NCBI GenBank assembly: GCA_012295275.1
Contig: CM022669.1
Coordinates: 12,028,001 to 12,092,000 of the forward strand
DNA from: Chrysomallon squamiferum
Lineage: Eukaryota > Animalia > Mollusca
Direction of reading: 5' to 3'
Length of the DNA: 64,000 bases
The notes beneath the pieces were generated by a model. That model worked only from the letters and a program-made list of their open reading frames with translations. It was not told where the DNA came from and made no database searches. The position numbers and the translations under genes are program-made. How positions within the stretch are numbered: the first letter of the stretch is position 1; each line of letters begins with the position of its first letter. This document shows positions 13,900-27,959 of this stretch, piece after piece.

Positions 13900-16800
13900 A
13901 CAAACATATATGATAATGAAATTTGGTTTGTGAACAAAATAAACAAAAACCATTGTGTTTCTTCGTTTATGCTGACAGATGCCAGGACTTTTGAATGGAT
14001 ATTCTTTCATGTGTCCAGATCCAGATTATGTATACCTTGATGATTTAATCTGTATTAAAGAAAGATGCATGACGCTGCTTGATCAAAAGCCAAGAGTGTA
14101 TCACTGCATGTTTTCTTAACATACTGTCATGTTTGGATCAGATTACAGACCTCATTATTTCTGGCATTTTTTTTAGCAGATCACTGCATTTTCTATGTAC
14201 ATACTTTTCTTAATAAACAGAACTATTGCAAGCATAAATAAAAAAAAAAAAATCAAAAACACAAGAATAAACAACCACTTAACGTAACTCTGGAAATATT
14301 GAATCTTAGCATTTGAAAGAAAAAAAATATATATATTAAAGGAAGTTTTAATTGTTTAAAACATCTTATATTCATAACAAAACTGACTTTTAAACATACA
14401 CATTAGTAATACAGGCTTCTTAATATGGCATTATTTAAATATACTCAGGTCCAAAAGAAAATGTTTGATTCAAAAAACCAAAATGATTTTCAACACTGAC
14501 TATCAGTATCAAGAAATTGTTTGTTCTCAGCATTCTTTTATTCAAGTGTTGAGGAAATGTCTAACCCACATGGTTAAACTTGACTAGAAATGAGACTACT
14601 TTTTTTTCTGTGATTACATTTGACTAAACACTATCCTAAAACATTTATCCAGTTTAACTTTGTGTGGCCTGTGCCCATCAAAGCAATGTGTGGAATGTTT
14701 TGCCAAAGCATAAGTGTTAATACAGTCAACATGCTTTATGCAATTTGTTTCTTGTTTTTGTTGTCTAGTGTTTATCTCGTCTTCTGAACACAACTGTCAA
14801 TATACGCTCACAGAAGACAGACAGTAAGAAATATGAACTTAAAAAGAGATGCATAATCAATGGGAAAGAAAGGAAAATACCATATTGCATATGAAAAGTT
14901 GAAAGAAACTAAACATTAAAAACAAAAAGGAAATCATCAATCAGTCTTTGAGAGATGGATGTAATCACAAACATCCAGTTACCTGCTGCATAATAAAACT
15001 GAAAAATAAAAGACAGCGATAATGCTTTGCACTTGGATTGTCAGTATTCTGCATGTATCTGAATTTGAAATGGTGTAGAATTGTAATAAAAAGGTCAGAC
15101 AGGTTAATAAGAGGTGCATTGGTTAATTTACTCTGAAATGCAGCAGAAACACAAAGATGCAAAGTACTTTAGTCAATTGTTAAGATTTGAGATTTCAATC
15201 AGATCATGTTCTGGTCTCTCCAACTGCAGAGAACCTCCAGTTGAACAATCCCTGTAGCCCGACTGCAAGTATGTGTGACTTGTTTTCCAACTGATCCAAT
15301 AATGTGTTGTGTTACACCTTGCCTGCCATATTTCACACTGGGCTGATAACCAGCAGAGATAGCATCATGCACTGCAGACAATACTGGAATCAGTAATATT
15401 AAATCAAAGATGTAGAAAACAGCAGAAGCTATTTCACTGCATTTTTCAGTGTGTTGGTGCACGTACACAAAGCTCTATGCTAAAAAAAAGGCAGAAATTT
15501 TTCAAATGGTGTAAAGTTGTAAGCAAACAGTGATGCCTGGCAGTGATGTTCAACAACATTATGAAAAGCCTCATTCACAACAATATTAACTTCACTAACT
15601 TAAAAGTTACTTAACAAAACAAAAATACAACACTGAAGTTATAATCATATACAGCATGTCTTATCAGAGCTTACAGAAGTAATATATCTTAAGTAATATA
15701 TTTGCTTTATTCCTATAGCACCAATGTATGTTATTCATATAATTCAGTAATATACTCAGCTGAATTTATGAATTCACACAATATCAGTGTCTCATTCATA
15801 TCATGCAACTACAACATCTTTTATTTAATATAACACTGCAGCAATATCTTATTTATAAAACTGCAGTAATTAAATATTGTACTAATAAAACACACCAGTT
15901 ATTATGCTGTATTAATACAACATAGTACCATATCTTTTTCTACTACATAAAGGTAACATTATAATCCATATACATGACTGCAAGCATTAAATTAAGGATT
16001 GATTTGTAACGGATGATATTTTCTGCTCAGTAAGCTGCCTTAATCCCTGTCATCGCCCCTTTAAGGTAGAAATTATTTAAGAGGATTTGTCACACTAGGT
16101 GTAAAGCGTTATATTACGGACCGGTGTATCAGATGGTTATGAATGACCCAAAAAGGAGAAAGAAAGAAAAAGAAAAGAATTCACATTTCAAGCACCACTG
16201 CTTTTAGTTGTTAAAGATTACCGGTGTGATGGATGTACACGAGTCGATGAAAAGATGCATATCACTATCATTGAATTCATCTTTCCACTTAATGGTCTTT
16301 TGTGTGCACTTTGTTGCTTCTGGCCTTTGTCATACCAGTCACCCACTGAGAAGCGTTGATCCATTAACTTGTATCTCTATAGGAGAACTATAAAAACCTT
16401 TGTCACTTAAAGAGGTAAATGCTATACATGTGGTGTGAGCAGTTACTGTAAAGGATACATCAACAGATAGCAGTACAGAAGTCAAAGGGATTAAAATGTT
16501 AAAAGAGATATACAAGACTCACACAATTACTTTTAACACCTCTCAGTATTGTTTTTCAAAGTAGTTAGTTATAAAAAAAAAAAAAAAAAATTAAAATTAA
16601 ATTAAAAAAACCCACTATCTAAATCTCCAAACTTCAACCACTGATACAGAAGGTTAACAGCTTCATACCTCTGTCAGCAACCTCAGAACTTCTGTATATG
16701 TAAACATGTAATAAATTAATATATCTTAACTAAATGTTGTTCATTTTGTGATAAAAGCCATGTTTTAAAATAGGCATATATATAAATATGGAGTCCACCT

Positions 16801-17021
16801 ATCTTAAATTAAGCAAAATTAATCTTGCATTTTGCATCCAGAATACCTTTAAATCACTTTCCAGTTAGCATGTTACAATATTATTACCTTTCACAAGTTA
16901 TTTATAAAGTAGATCTGACACTGAGTGCAAGTTATTCCATTATTAAAAAATGTTTGAAATTTAAATTTGGTTTGTTAATTTGAAGAAAAAAAATGAAATT
17001 TAAATAAAAGAAAAATTATGG

Positions 17022-17054
<33 letters not shown>

Positions 17055-17104
17055 TGTATTAAGAGAAAAATTAATAAAATATTGTGTGCTATTATAATGG
17101 CTTT

Positions 17105-17235
17105 CATTTAATAAGCAAGGGATTTAGATCTTTTCTCACTAATCATTATTAGCACTGACAGAAAGGAGAAATAACCAGTCATCCGAGGTCAATAGATCTT
17201 ATGATCCACAACACACGAATCATGCAATGATATTC
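17105..17235 (-). mobile_element. Degenerate SINE-like fragment
   Basis: Minus strand reads GGATC..GATC..GGTTATTTCTC..AAAGATC..ATCCCTTGCTTATTAAATGAAAGCC, the same motif order as the other copies. Confidence 0.33.
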
Positions 17236-20200
17236 CTACCACACAAACATACATCTTGTTTCAATTTCACTCCTTTCATTACACTGCATTCATATTACTC
17301 CGCTAAACTAATTTTCATCTTGTTCTAATTTGAGTGTTGTTATTTTTCTTATTACATTAAATTTACAAAGCACTTTCCCAAGCTTGATGTAATACTTTTT
17401 TCATCCACGTGCATCTAATCAGAAATAAGAATAGTATTTTAACCTGGGCCATTTTGTCACCGAATAAACTTATTTCCCCATTCAGGATTTAAATCTGGAA
17501 ACAGAAACCATGTGTAGAGAGCCGGAAATACCATTCAGATGTTGTAATGTTTGACTTGCATGTTAGAATCCCTATTACAGTGGCATGCAACTTGGCTAGA
17601 CGTGTAATGCTTGCCACATTACAAATGTCGCCATAAGCAGAAATATTTTCAGTCTGTTATTCACTGATCAGTTTGCTTACTCAGAACACTTCATTTTTTT
17701 ATTTTTTTTTTTTATCAGTAATTATCTGAGATTCTTTATCTCTATCTCAAGGTTTGAGATTGAGCCAAACTTTGTTTGCTGTTATGAAGAATCTAATGTA
17801 ATTGTTATACATCTTAAACATCGTAATGATTTTGCATACAGATTGTGAGACTGATTATTTGTTAAACTTTGGAGGAGATGGTGTGTTTTTGAAGGGTTGG
17901 GTTTGAGATATTTTCAATATGTGTATAAATATATAAAAACAATATCAAGAGTACTTATATAACTGTTTTCTATATAACCAGGAAACAAAGCCTAGAACAG
18001 ACATGAAAAATGTTCCAAGAATAGTATTAGATACCAGTGCAGAAGTAGGGCACTGGTCCACAGTAAAACTGTTCTGCAAGTACTTACAGATATAGCAAAG
18101 CAGCAGAGCTATTACTATGATAGTACTTTTGTTACCAATTCCATTTCAAACATGTTTCAATATGTATAGCTGTGTTCTAATTCTGAACAATGTTTAAAAT
18201 AGGTACCCTATTTTCTTGTTTAAATGTATAAATATAAAAGCTTTCTTCTTTGAATATGAATGAATAAATATAACAGCTTCCTTCTTTGAAAATAAACTAT
18301 ATTCATGGATAACAGTTGTTAATACTGTATGTTTTATTTGTTTGGAGCAATCTGGTTTGCCAGACATTTATATCCAACATATGTTACAGTTATAGAAGTG
18401 GGACACACAGAAGCTATTACTCAAAACAACACTTGACACAAATTCCTTAAGTATCAGGTTATCAATAGATCAATTCAGCTTCAATCCAATGAGTAGAAAT
18501 CTAAGCAGTTTAACTTCCTGGTTCTTTATCAGTTGTAAGAAAGTTATCACTTCTGTATTTAATAAGTGTATCTGGCAACAGATATAATGTTCAGATCTGA
18601 TGGCAGGAAAAATGTCTTTATTATAGACTGAATTCGAGATGTATAGTTTAAACATATTCTTTAAATAAAATACATTCATTTGAAAAACAAAATCATAATT
18701 TACCATTATAAATTTTACACTTTTTTGTCTTGGTACATTTTCAAATTAAATATAATACATCAAAATTAACTAAATACACAAAACGTTAAAATTTTCCAGT
18801 TAAATATTATTATCTACATAAAAAATTTCTGTTATGAAAAATATAATTTAAAAACATTTTTTAATAAACCTAGGTGCAAATGATTAGTTTAACAAGTCCA
18901 TCTTTCCAATTTAAAATAATGATCATTACAAACTTCTTGAACACATGCTAAAAAATATCCAGTGAATATTCTTTGTATAGCACATCAAACAAGCCACAGA
19001 ATGTGGACTGTGTTGTTAGAACAATGAACTACAAGATGAACTAAATTATCTCTGACAAACAAAGACATTGTCTGCAGTAGAGAAATAGTTTTTGGGGGTA
19101 ACAGGTTGTTTTGGTTAAAAGCCTTTGTCTTCACCTTCAACAAGAGACCATCAAAGATAGTGGTAATGGTGAACAGAAATTATTAACACGTCCAGTCAAG
19201 CATAAGTTAGAAATTGTTAACAAGAACTGTGGAATCATGTACACAAAGAGCTTGTCTGGTCTGTCTGAACTGTTAGCCTAAGTAATTACAGGCTTATGCT
19301 TTAGATATGTCAGTCTGGTTTTGTTAGTGAGAACATGTAATTGTTTCAGAAGTGTAAGCATACTCTAATCAGTACAGAAAGTGTTCTAGCATTTATTATC
19401 AGCATGTTATTGGTGCTACTTAGGCTGAGCTATGTGGCTACTATAGATCTTTGAGCATATCTCTGATGACATTGTTGTAGATACAACCATTTACATATGA
19501 TAAACACTTATGATAGAGTATTATTCTGCAAAATTTAATTGTACATACAAAATATAATTATTGTCCATTTTTCAATGGAAATGCAAACTTTCATAAGAAA
19601 ATTAAATAAATCATTAAATCCAATTTGACTTTTATTGCAACAAAAAGCATTATCAGGAGTCTAATATAAATGTAAGGGAACTATTTTGTTGTGTGCAATA
19701 ATGAATAAAAATTACTTCTCAGCAATGCAATGCATAACTTTTTAAAATAAAATTATTTATTATTTTGAACAGTAGCTGTTTATATATTTTGTTTATTTTC
19801 TTCAAGGCATTTGTGGTTATTCTCCATTTTTGTAGGTTAGTTTGTTGTTTTTTTCCCCTTGGTTCAAAACAAAAACTAACATGTTGAAAATGTTGACAGC
19901 TTAAGATATTTATCATTTTCAAAAGCTAAGGAAAAAAATTAAGATTTCCCACGATAAAACACAGACATATAATTCCAGAGATAAAGTGTTTGTTTGACCT
20001 AAACCTAGACTAGGGCAGAGTTAGCATTATAACTTGGTAACAAATACAATTAAATTATTATATTTTAGAAATAACATTTTTTTTCAAAACATTTCCCAAA
20101 GTGAAAAAAGTTAACATATTACAAAAATGGTCAAATAAGTTATCAGTTAATATAAATTAAAATCTTATTTTTTGAAACAAGAATGAATACAGTACATGTA

Positions 20201-21551
20201 ATTAGCTACATCAGTAGCTTTGATGTTAAAAATATGAAACTACTATTTAAGAATACATTCATATACTTAAAACACAAATTATAATTGCACAAATCTTTTA
20301 TTATTTCTGTATTGTAAATTATGTATGTGACATGTATGTATATGTGATTTTCGTTCATGTACTTTGCCTTTACAGTGAAACATTTATTCACTTCAGTTTT
20401 CCTGTAGACATGAAAAAAAAATGTATATGTATATATATATATATACCCATACAAACAGTTAAATAACATATGACAATGAAATATCAGCTTTATTCTACCT
20501 GTGTATTATAATCTAAATTAATCTAAAAGTTCATTATGAGTCATGACCAGAAAGCAGTGCCTGTGGAGCAGCTGGTGGGTAATGATATCAACAAATGCTC
20601 TATCTCTAGATCCTTTTCAGTACATATTCTGTGTAAACATATATACTTCACACAAACATTTAGGAATATCTCTAATATTAAATAAAACAAACAAGTAAAA
20701 TTGGAAAAAATAAAATGTCTTATTGAAATCTGACATGCATTACAAAATGCTGTATCACATACGTAAAACCTCAGCTTTAAGCCATTTATAGACTTCATAG
20801 TATCCGGATTATTTTGATTTCTTATCTTAACTCTGAATACAACTAGGTGTTCCTAGTTTATTGTTATCAGTATATTCTGATTGTTGCCAAGAAACTTAGA
20901 TGGATGGTCATTATTTAAAATGATCAATTCAGTATGAGCCTTTTGGTATTCTGTTCATGGTTTTTATAATGGCAAACAAATCAGAAACAAAAATATTTCT
21001 GAACTACATTATTAAAAAACTAATCCTGAAAATTCATTATTTTGCTTTAAATTCTAGTGTCATCTTACTATTAATTTTTCACCATAAATTATATGTTGTG
21101 ATTATTAATTACATGTCAGCCATACTAAAAAAAAAAAAAAAGCAAAAATTAAAAAAGACAAAATGTTTAATTGTTTTCCAGTGAAATATGTTTTTCTTCT
21201 TAAGAAATTTATGGTTTGTAAATAAGATTATTATTTATACAACACTGACAAATGGATTTAGAATAGAAATAATTTAACTACTGAACGATCATATGAAGGA
21301 CTGACATTCAGAGTAATTTAATCCCAAAGATGTAAGAAATCTGTTTGGATCAAAATGATTGATGTGGAAATGAATCCTTAGTACCTGAACATAGCCTTTT
21401 ACCTTTAATAGTTAGTACCCATGAACAATTATTTCTATACTTTTATACTTTATCTCAAAAAACAATTTTTATCATTCTTATTGGCCATTGTTGGATACTG
21501 AAATACTAACCATTATGAAATGTATATATAGTAAATAAATAAAAATATATA

Positions 21552-21558
21552 AATAATA

Positions 21559-21597
<39 letters not shown>
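21552..21597. repeat. (AAT)n microsatellite
   Basis: Direct reading. Confidence 0.95.
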
Positions 21598-21599
<2 letters not shown>

Positions 21600-22179
21600 C
21601 TGGAATAGTTATAAAATACAAATTATCTTCAATCTGTTTAGTCATATTTTATGGTGATATTGGGGGGGTTTAGGGTTTTTTAAAGGTTTTTTTATTATGA
21701 TGAAATTATTTACTGTAAAGGGTGAAATTAAATATTCTCAGAGAAATGTACATTATGAAGAGCTCTGTGGCAAATATCAGAACAATCTGATCAAACTGAA
21801 TTCAGCTCAAGTGATAAATTCAAATATGTTCTGTATGGAAGAACGGAAGCTGTGTTTTTTTTTTTCAATCTGTTATTAACTCTTTGACTCGGGAGAGCTG
21901 TAAAACCAGACTTAGCATATAAAAACACCAACTTGCCAATAAGGACGCGTTTCTGATTAACAACAGAATGCAGTTTTTGAATTGCATCACTCTACATTCC
22001 AAACCCCGCAAAGCAGAAATAGTGGTAGTTTTAGTTATAATGGATAACATTCAAGATTCACAAAAAGTAATGTATCATAAAATGCACCATATTTCGTGAT
22101 CCACAGCCAGTTAACAAATCAGTAAACTTTTCTCATTTATGAAATAAAATAAAAAAAACAATAATAAAATGTGTACGTG

Positions 22180-22190
<11 letters not shown>

Positions 22191-22265
<75 letters not shown>
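22191..22265. repeat. (AG)n microsatellite preceded by (AT)n
   Basis: Perfect AG run of about 37 units. Confidence 0.98.
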
Positions 22266-22268
<3 letters not shown>

Positions 22269-23852
22269 TAGGAATTATTTTGGTTTTTGTTTTGCTTTGT
22301 TATATATTGAATAAATACTAAAAATAGATTTTTTTAAATATAGTTTAAATGTACACTAAATATACATTAAATTTTTTATCTGTGGTATGTGATACTAAAT
22401 AATATCTTGTTTCATAATCTGTTCTATTGTTATTTGCCTGGTATTTTAAAAGCTATCATCCATATTTTATTTCCTAGAGGAAAATGCATATAAACAAGCC
22501 ATTTAGATTGTCACTAATTAGCTTTATATACTTAGCTCCAACAAAAGTCACCTAATAATTGTGTCTCCACATACAATACAATAAAATTAAAATAAAATAA
22601 ATCAACCCATTTAAACAATTTAACAAATTTAGTACCTAATGTGGCACATATTAATTTAAAATAACACAAAGGAACAGAATATCTGACAGCAAAAACCTAT
22701 TATAAATTTCACTAAAATTATGCTTTATTAATAAACCAAAAATAAGTATTAATTACTGCCATTTAAATAAATAAATCAATCAAATTTTTTAAAATTTATG
22801 TTTTATAAAATTTGACATCAACTGTAGATAATTTCTTTTGCTATATTTGCCAAATTAAAAATGAAAATACCCTTTAAGAATAATTAATAACTAGAATGTG
22901 TCAGATAAAATACAGTCTGTTAAATTACTTTGTACCAGGATAACACTGTAATTACAGAGGCTGTGAAATTAAAAGTTAAAAAAAAAGAAAGAAAGAAGAA
23001 CCTGGTACATTTTCATAATATTTAAGTGTTAAATGAAAATATATATTTAATAGGTATTTCTGTAATAACTTTTTACAAATTTACAATAATGTTTACTTTA
23101 AATAAATAATAATAATAATTAAAAAAAAAAAATTAGTAAAGCATGATCATATTAAACTACTAAATGATAAACACTATGAACAAAGCTATCATATAATCTT
23201 TAAATTCATAAAACATGCATTTCCAAAGAATTAAATTATAACAGCAAATAAAAATCATCTCTATAAAGAAATGTTAGAACGTCAACTTCTGGGGCTCTCA
23301 ATTCTGCCACCTTACTAATTTATTAATCTATCAACACCTTATAAATGCTAAGGTGTGACAAAAACTAAGTAATGATCAGAGATAAAGTTTTGATCCTAGA
23401 AACAAACAAGTACAGTTTAACTGGTCTGACAACTCTTTACAAAATTAAACAAAATTAATTCGAAAATGTGATACGCAGAGATTATTAAATGTTATTTATT
23501 ACCATAATTTAATACATGTTACCATTACTGCTGTGTCATTTTGAATTATCTCGGTTCAGTGATTGCCAGTACAATGAAATAGTTTATATAGTTAACTTTT
23601 ACTTTGAACTTGGGTGCCTGTGTATATGCACATGTGTGACAAACGTATGTTGTATTTTTTACTAACTTATCAACTGGTATACAGTTCTGATTAAAATTTC
23701 ACAGAATAAACCATATTGAAAACTAATGCATTTACCTCTACAAATCTACTTTAGAACTATTAAATATATATATATATATTTTATACCAAACTGTTAACAC
23801 CGTTATGACAGCTACAGCATTTATCAATACTTTAAAAGGGACAATGAAAATA

Positions 23853-24040
23853 AAGGAGTGGTTATAGTGGAATGGTTAGATATCCATTTGAAGTACAATG
23901 ATTTGGACCAATCCTGTTTAATGTGCTGTGTCTGTTATTTCCTATTCATAAGTGGTTTTTGAAAGCTATATAATGATTTTCAATTGGAAGATGCTTATAA
24001 CAGACATTTGCTAATAATAATAAAAGTAGCTGATAAAAAA
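23853..24040 (+). mobile_element. Degenerate SINE-like repeat with A-box-like head
   Basis: TATAGTGGAATGGTTAGA (A-box-like), later GGAAGATGCTTATAACAGACATTTGCTAATAA..AAAGTAGC. Confidence 0.4.
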
Positions 24041-25580
24041 ACAAAAAACATATATTATTTCTTACTGTCAACTTAAAATATTATGAATTTGATACCTAAG
24101 AACATATAATATTAAAACCATAAAATATTATTAAATATTCATTATAGATTCTTTAAAATAAGAATACTTTGAGTAAATGTTCTTGAAAATATTAATATGC
24201 TAAAATCATTTTCTATATTATTTTTATTATATATAGAGAAATAGACATCAGAAAAACAGTTATACAGACAGACATAAACATTTAATCTCATGGAATATCT
24301 TGTAATATTATCCCTTTTCAAAAATTACTCTAAGTACCACATTTTCACTAATTTGTCAGAGATAATAGGTATGGCCACTTACATCCATGTTTTATAATCA
24401 TATTCATGTATGTATACATTTCCTTGACAACATAAATAGTTAAATATGTTTTTTTACAGACTCATGATTTCTTTGTTACTGTATAATGTGGACAATATTT
24501 TCAACATTACCATGTTATTATTATCATTTAATTTTAAATAGTATTACTATTAAGTAATACGAACTAAAATAAACATACTGCTCTAAAAGTATTTGTTTTA
24601 GTTATAGGCTTAATTCTTTTAATGTTACAAATTAGTTTTAAAAAAGAAAAAAGAAAGAAAGTAAATATTTATAAATATAAATAATTATATTGTTTTAAAA
24701 TACAATAATTTTGTATGAAAAACAAAACAAGCAAGTACTGGATGAAACTTTTTGCTTGTTTGTATGTGTATGTGAATGCTAAAACACATTTATTCAGAAT
24801 AAGCTTATTAATTAGATATTTCATTTACACTATTTTAATAATTCTGAAGTTACAACTGTTTTTAGACTATGTGAAAACAAAAACTTTAAACTGACAATTA
24901 TAGCCAAAAACAGCTTTGATAAATTCAATTTGTTTTTATCATTCATGATTCTATTGATAGAAAATATGCCAAGTACATGAAAACTTCATGGTTCAGTGTA
25001 CATTATAATTTTAATACATACTTCTTACAGAGAAATTTATACAAGAAAAAAATCAAATCAAATTTATAGAAACTGAAATTTTTGTTTTAACGTTAGGGTT
25101 TACAATAGGTATTGTTTGTCCATATACAGTAATAGAGAAATTGAAGGGTTTTTTTTGTTAATTTTTTTTAACACATCACACACACAAACACTATGCATTA
25201 TGAATATATTTTGGTAAATATTTAACTTTAAGATTATTGAATAATCAAATCATCTAAACAGAAATGAATGAAAATCATTGTTTATTAACAGTAAAAGAAA
25301 AATTAAATAATAATTAATATATTCAGTCGGAATGTATCTTAAAGATTATTTTAGGGTAACAGTTGGAAATGACTTTTGATTTTATATAAAGATTACAAAT
25401 ATTAAATATATCCAGTAATAAATAAAAATAAAACTTACATTTTTTATTGTAGTTTATTTTGTGGGGTTAACAAGTGGAAGTTGTATCTTGACATAAAACA
25501 CACACACAACTATGGATGTATCTCTGTGTACTTGCATTTATCTGAGAAATGGATTTTATTTTTTTGACTTATGATCTTAC

Positions 25581-26399
25581 CTCATATGCCCAGGTACATT
25601 GTATTCCAGCAAATTTTCTAACACAGCGACCAATTTCTACATCTTCATGAGTGGTATACAAATTCTGCAAGCAATAGCTAATGTGTGGTGCCATTCGTCT
25701 TAGAGTTTCTCTGCTAAAAATCATTCCTGGTCCTCCCATACAGAAGTTTTCTGTTGATGTCAGACTCAAAAGTCCCAGTTCCTCTTGTTTTCCAACCCCT
25801 GCCTGGCCTATGAATTGGGGTTTTGAACTGTTCACAGAACGTAGAAAAAGTTCCAGTCTGTCCCCTTTCACAAATACATCATCATCAGCACGTACAAACC
25901 ATTCATACTTATCAAGAAAATGATCATGCATATATTTTAGCATCATGAATGACTTTTTCTGTGGTGGGTAAGAATCATCAACATTTGGAAGGGCTACAAC
26001 TGGAACACCATAACTTGATTTTGACCCCTCACTTGAAAAAAACATCACTTTACCATTGATTGATTTAACCCATGTCCTATGAGCTGCCAAACCCCTGGTA
26101 TCAATAAACTTTTTAGCTGTCATCATCCCAACAAATACAAATGGGTTTTCTTTGGATTTTTCAGGCTTCAGTTCTCCATCAGCCGAACTAGTAGCTGTGG
26201 AGTCACCTGCACCAAACATATTAACAGAGAATCCACGATCTTCACAACACATGTCTGGCAATCCACAGCGTGTAAAAAAGTTATGTTTCATCCAGTTTGC
26301 GAACAGAAGTCCTAAAAGAAATCCAGTAACTAAACTGATCCATAACACATTTTTACTTCCATGCTTTTTTGCCATAGTATTCTCCTCCTCGCCATTCAT
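25581..26399 (-). CDS. CHSY1: Chondroitin sulfate synthase 1-like, first coding exon (TM anchor + GT31 domain); rest of gene lies beyond the left edge
   Basis: N-terminal hydrophobic helix VLWISLVTGFLLGLLFA, then FVGMMTAKKF, DDSYPPQKKSFMMLKYMHDH, WFVRADDD (DxD), FCMGGPG and HEDVEIGRCVRKFAG, all typical of CHSY1/3. Ends WAYE at the donor GAG|GTAAGA (phase 0). Alternative ATG at 26375. Confidence 0.93.
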
Positions 26400-26681
26400 C
26401 AGTTTGTTTAAAAATTCACAAATATATTAAATGTACACAATGGTTATTTGTATTCCTTGTTCTATCAAGTCTTTTACAATTTTAAAACATACTTCTTCTA
26501 GGTCCCAAGTCTTGAAAAATTGAGATTGTTTATTAAAGAAATAATTCATTAAAGTGTTGTAAGTGTTTTGAGACTTTTGCAATATTATGACCAACCCTAA
26601 CGTTCCTGGAATCTAAAAACAACATCCTTTAGATACTGATATTCTACAAAAACGAAAAATATTTCAAATGTTCGCTCTCAC

Positions 26682-26712
<31 letters not shown>

Positions 26713-26749
26713 CACTGCTTTCTGTCAAAAGTAAAAGAATCTAATTTCA

Positions 26750-27865
26750 TTACTTGAGACGTAACACGTCTGCTAGACCCCACGTGTTGATCGGTTTCAC
26801 CGGACCATTCTGAAAGTAAAGACACTTTCTCAAACAATGAAAATGTAAAATAAATTCTACATGCAAACTTTTTGTCTAACGTTATTTACGACGCAGTGTC
26901 TTTTTGACAAGTTTGAAAACATCAAGATAAAGACACATCATCCTATAAGCCATTCATCCTCATGTTTCAGCCATTTCTACTTCGCAGGTGAAATTTGAAA
27001 CGTTCCATTGCCAGGAACCTCCGCGATGAAAACTTGTTGGCCAACTTGTGTTACTGCATCTGGAACTAGTAGCACGACCGTTTCAGTGCGAGCAGACGTA
27101 TCGGGATAACGAAAACACTCCCTTGCACCTACAGAGACATCTTCCATTCAAAAGAATTTACAAAGACCAAAACTTATATACATATTGTATCTAACGTTAT
27201 AAAGCTATGAAGTCACACTAATCACAAACAAATGCCCACTTTACCAGCCCACTGTCACTGTATAAATAAACTTTTTTTCCACGCTTCGATGACTTCATTC
27301 CACCGGCTGAGATTCAATCCTTTGATGTTCACTCGTTCAAGTCCGGATATTTTCGTTTAATTTGTTTTCGTAGCGAATGTTACCGACTAAAACCGAGGTT
27401 TTCATCTGATACTATATTCTATCTTACTAATTTTCACTCCATGTTATAATGAAAACTTGTCAAAATTAGTTAGACATATCTATCTATCTATCTATCTATC
27501 TATAATATTTACTTAAAGTGTATATACAGTTTTCTTACTTAAGATGTACATTTATCAAAGATTTCAAGGTAAAATTAGAATTCTAATAAACTAATTTTCT
27601 TTTCTCTTTTTCACGCGTAGAATTATTTTGATCTCTAGAGGGATATTTTTTATTTTTAAAAAATGTTCTAATAAATATGGTTACAGAATAAAAGTACATC
27701 TTATAGATAATCAAACATAAAGAGAAAATAGGGAGGGGAACGAAAGAGAAATGACGTAGATATTCTAAGGGACACAACTCTGCGATGTAAATTGTAAATA
27801 AAGAGTTACTCATGTTTATTTGATAAACAAATAAATTAAAATAAATGAATGAATGAATGAATGAA

Positions 27866-27959
<94 letters not shown>

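Larger units (their letters stand above)
1..25580 (-). other. Very large CHSY1 intron (more than 25.5 kb, open at the window edge)
   Basis: Donor at 25580. No ORF resembling the large C-terminal CHSY exon occurs in 1-25580. Confidence 0.8.

Noticed and set aside
15199-15481. 89-aa minus ORF with a strong upstream acceptor as a possible CHSY1 exon 2
   Set aside because: A phase-0 join to exon 1 hits TAG after 16 codons, with no similarity to the expected CHSY sequence.
25681-26430. Plus-strand ORFs over CHSY1 (likewise antisense ORFs over the RPRD2 last exon and UPF1 exons)
   Set aside because: Shadow frames of real coding sequence with no independent signal.
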